From Candidatus Fraserbacteria bacterium (GTDB lineage: Bacteria; Bipolaricaulota; Bipolaricaulia; RBG-16-55-9; JANLFV01): 15,965 bases of DNA. A model generated the notes under the pieces. It ran no database searches, was not told where the DNA came from, and saw nothing but the letters and a program-made list of their open reading frames with translations. The DNA lies in assembly GCA_037446135.1 (NCBI GenBank), contig JBBIJD010000039.1, positions 1 to 15,965 on the forward strand, written 5' to 3'. Positions 15,419 through 15,965 of this stretch are shown here, piece by piece. The translations under genes and the position numbers were made by a program. How positions within the stretch are numbered: the stretch's first letter is position 1; each line of letters starts with the position of its first letter.

Positions 15419-15965
15419 CTCAACTCCCTTCCGAAGAGTCCCTTCGGCCTGAGGATAAGGATTAATACGAGGAGGATCAAGGAGGGGAGACCACGCCAAG
15501 AGGGGGAGATGAGGTAAACGGTCAGAGTCTCCAAGAAGCCGACGATGTAGGCGGCGAGGAGTGAGCCCTGGATGTTTCCCAATCCGCCCAAGATGACGAT
15601 GGCGAAGGCAATTACCAATGGATCACGCCACATCGTCGGGAGGATCGCCAAAGAGGTGGCAAAGAAGACCCCTGCAACCCCCGCGAGCGCACCGGAGATC
15701 GTCCAGGTGAGGGTATAGACCTCCTCGGGATTAATCCCGAGGAGCGCAGCCCCGATCCGGTCCTGAGCCGTGGCCAAGATCGCCTTCCCCAGCCTCGTCT
15801 TTCGGACGAAGAGCCAGAGCAAACCGATCACTACCCAAGAGATGGAGAAGGCCAGGATCTGGGTGTTCCCCAGCTTCACCCCGAAGATCAGCGTATTCCC
15901 CTCGATCAGTGGCCTGAGGATCCCCGGGGTCGAGCCGAAGGCCAGTCTCACTGATTCCTCCAATA
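15415..15965 (-). CDS. livH: HAAT/LIV-family ABC transporter permease, 5' end outside the window
   Basis: TRLGKAILATAQD…ALLGIN, LAGVAG, AFAIVILGGLGNIQG, RPKGLFG. Confidence 0.93.
   Translation of the reverse strand, partial: LEESVRLAFGSTPGILRPLIEGNTLIFGVKLGNTQILAFSISWVVIGLLWLFVRKTRLGKAILATAQDRIGAALLGINPEEVYTLTWTISGALAGVAGVFFATSLAILPTMWRDPLVIAFAIVILGGLGNIQGSLLAAYIVGFLETLTVYLISPSWRGLPSLILLVLILILRPKGLFGRELR

Noticed and set aside
12943..15499. Longer N-termini in the ORF track for the thiolase (12963), livG (14490) and livM (15499)
   Set aside because: The extensions overlap upstream genes or RBS sequence. Downstream ATGs have good SD or coupling and match family N-termini.
1..15965. tRNA, rRNA, CRISPR array, riboswitch or IS element
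   Set aside because: All intergenic gaps are under about 150 bp and show no such structure; no transposase or integrase ORF is present.

Overview
High-GC bacterial chromosomal window, mostly metabolism and transport, with nearly all genes on the minus strand. From the right end, a tightly coupled minus-strand operon runs livH (partial)-livM-livG-livF, then a thiolase (fadA-like), a FadN-type 3-hydroxyacyl-CoA dehydrogenase/enoyl-CoA hydratase, a GlcD/D-lactate-dehydrogenase-family FAD oxidase and a LysE-family exporter. It converges on a plus-strand Fsr-like MFS transporter. A divergent promoter region with a 19-bp near-palindrome separates the MFS gene from a small membrane protein. Next come a divergent UPRT-like phosphoribosyltransferase coupled to a divergent uridine-phosphorylase-like enzyme, then a three-gene MacB/FtsX-type ABC unit led by an unknown membrane-anchored protein. 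At the left end is a lone AT-rich gene with a restriction-endonuclease-like domain. No RNA genes, CRISPR arrays or transposases were seen. The best leads are the PRTase/phosphorylase pair, where both enzymes appear to have altered base-recognition motifs, and the foreign-looking nuclease gene. All assignments come from reading motifs by eye; no database searches were run.
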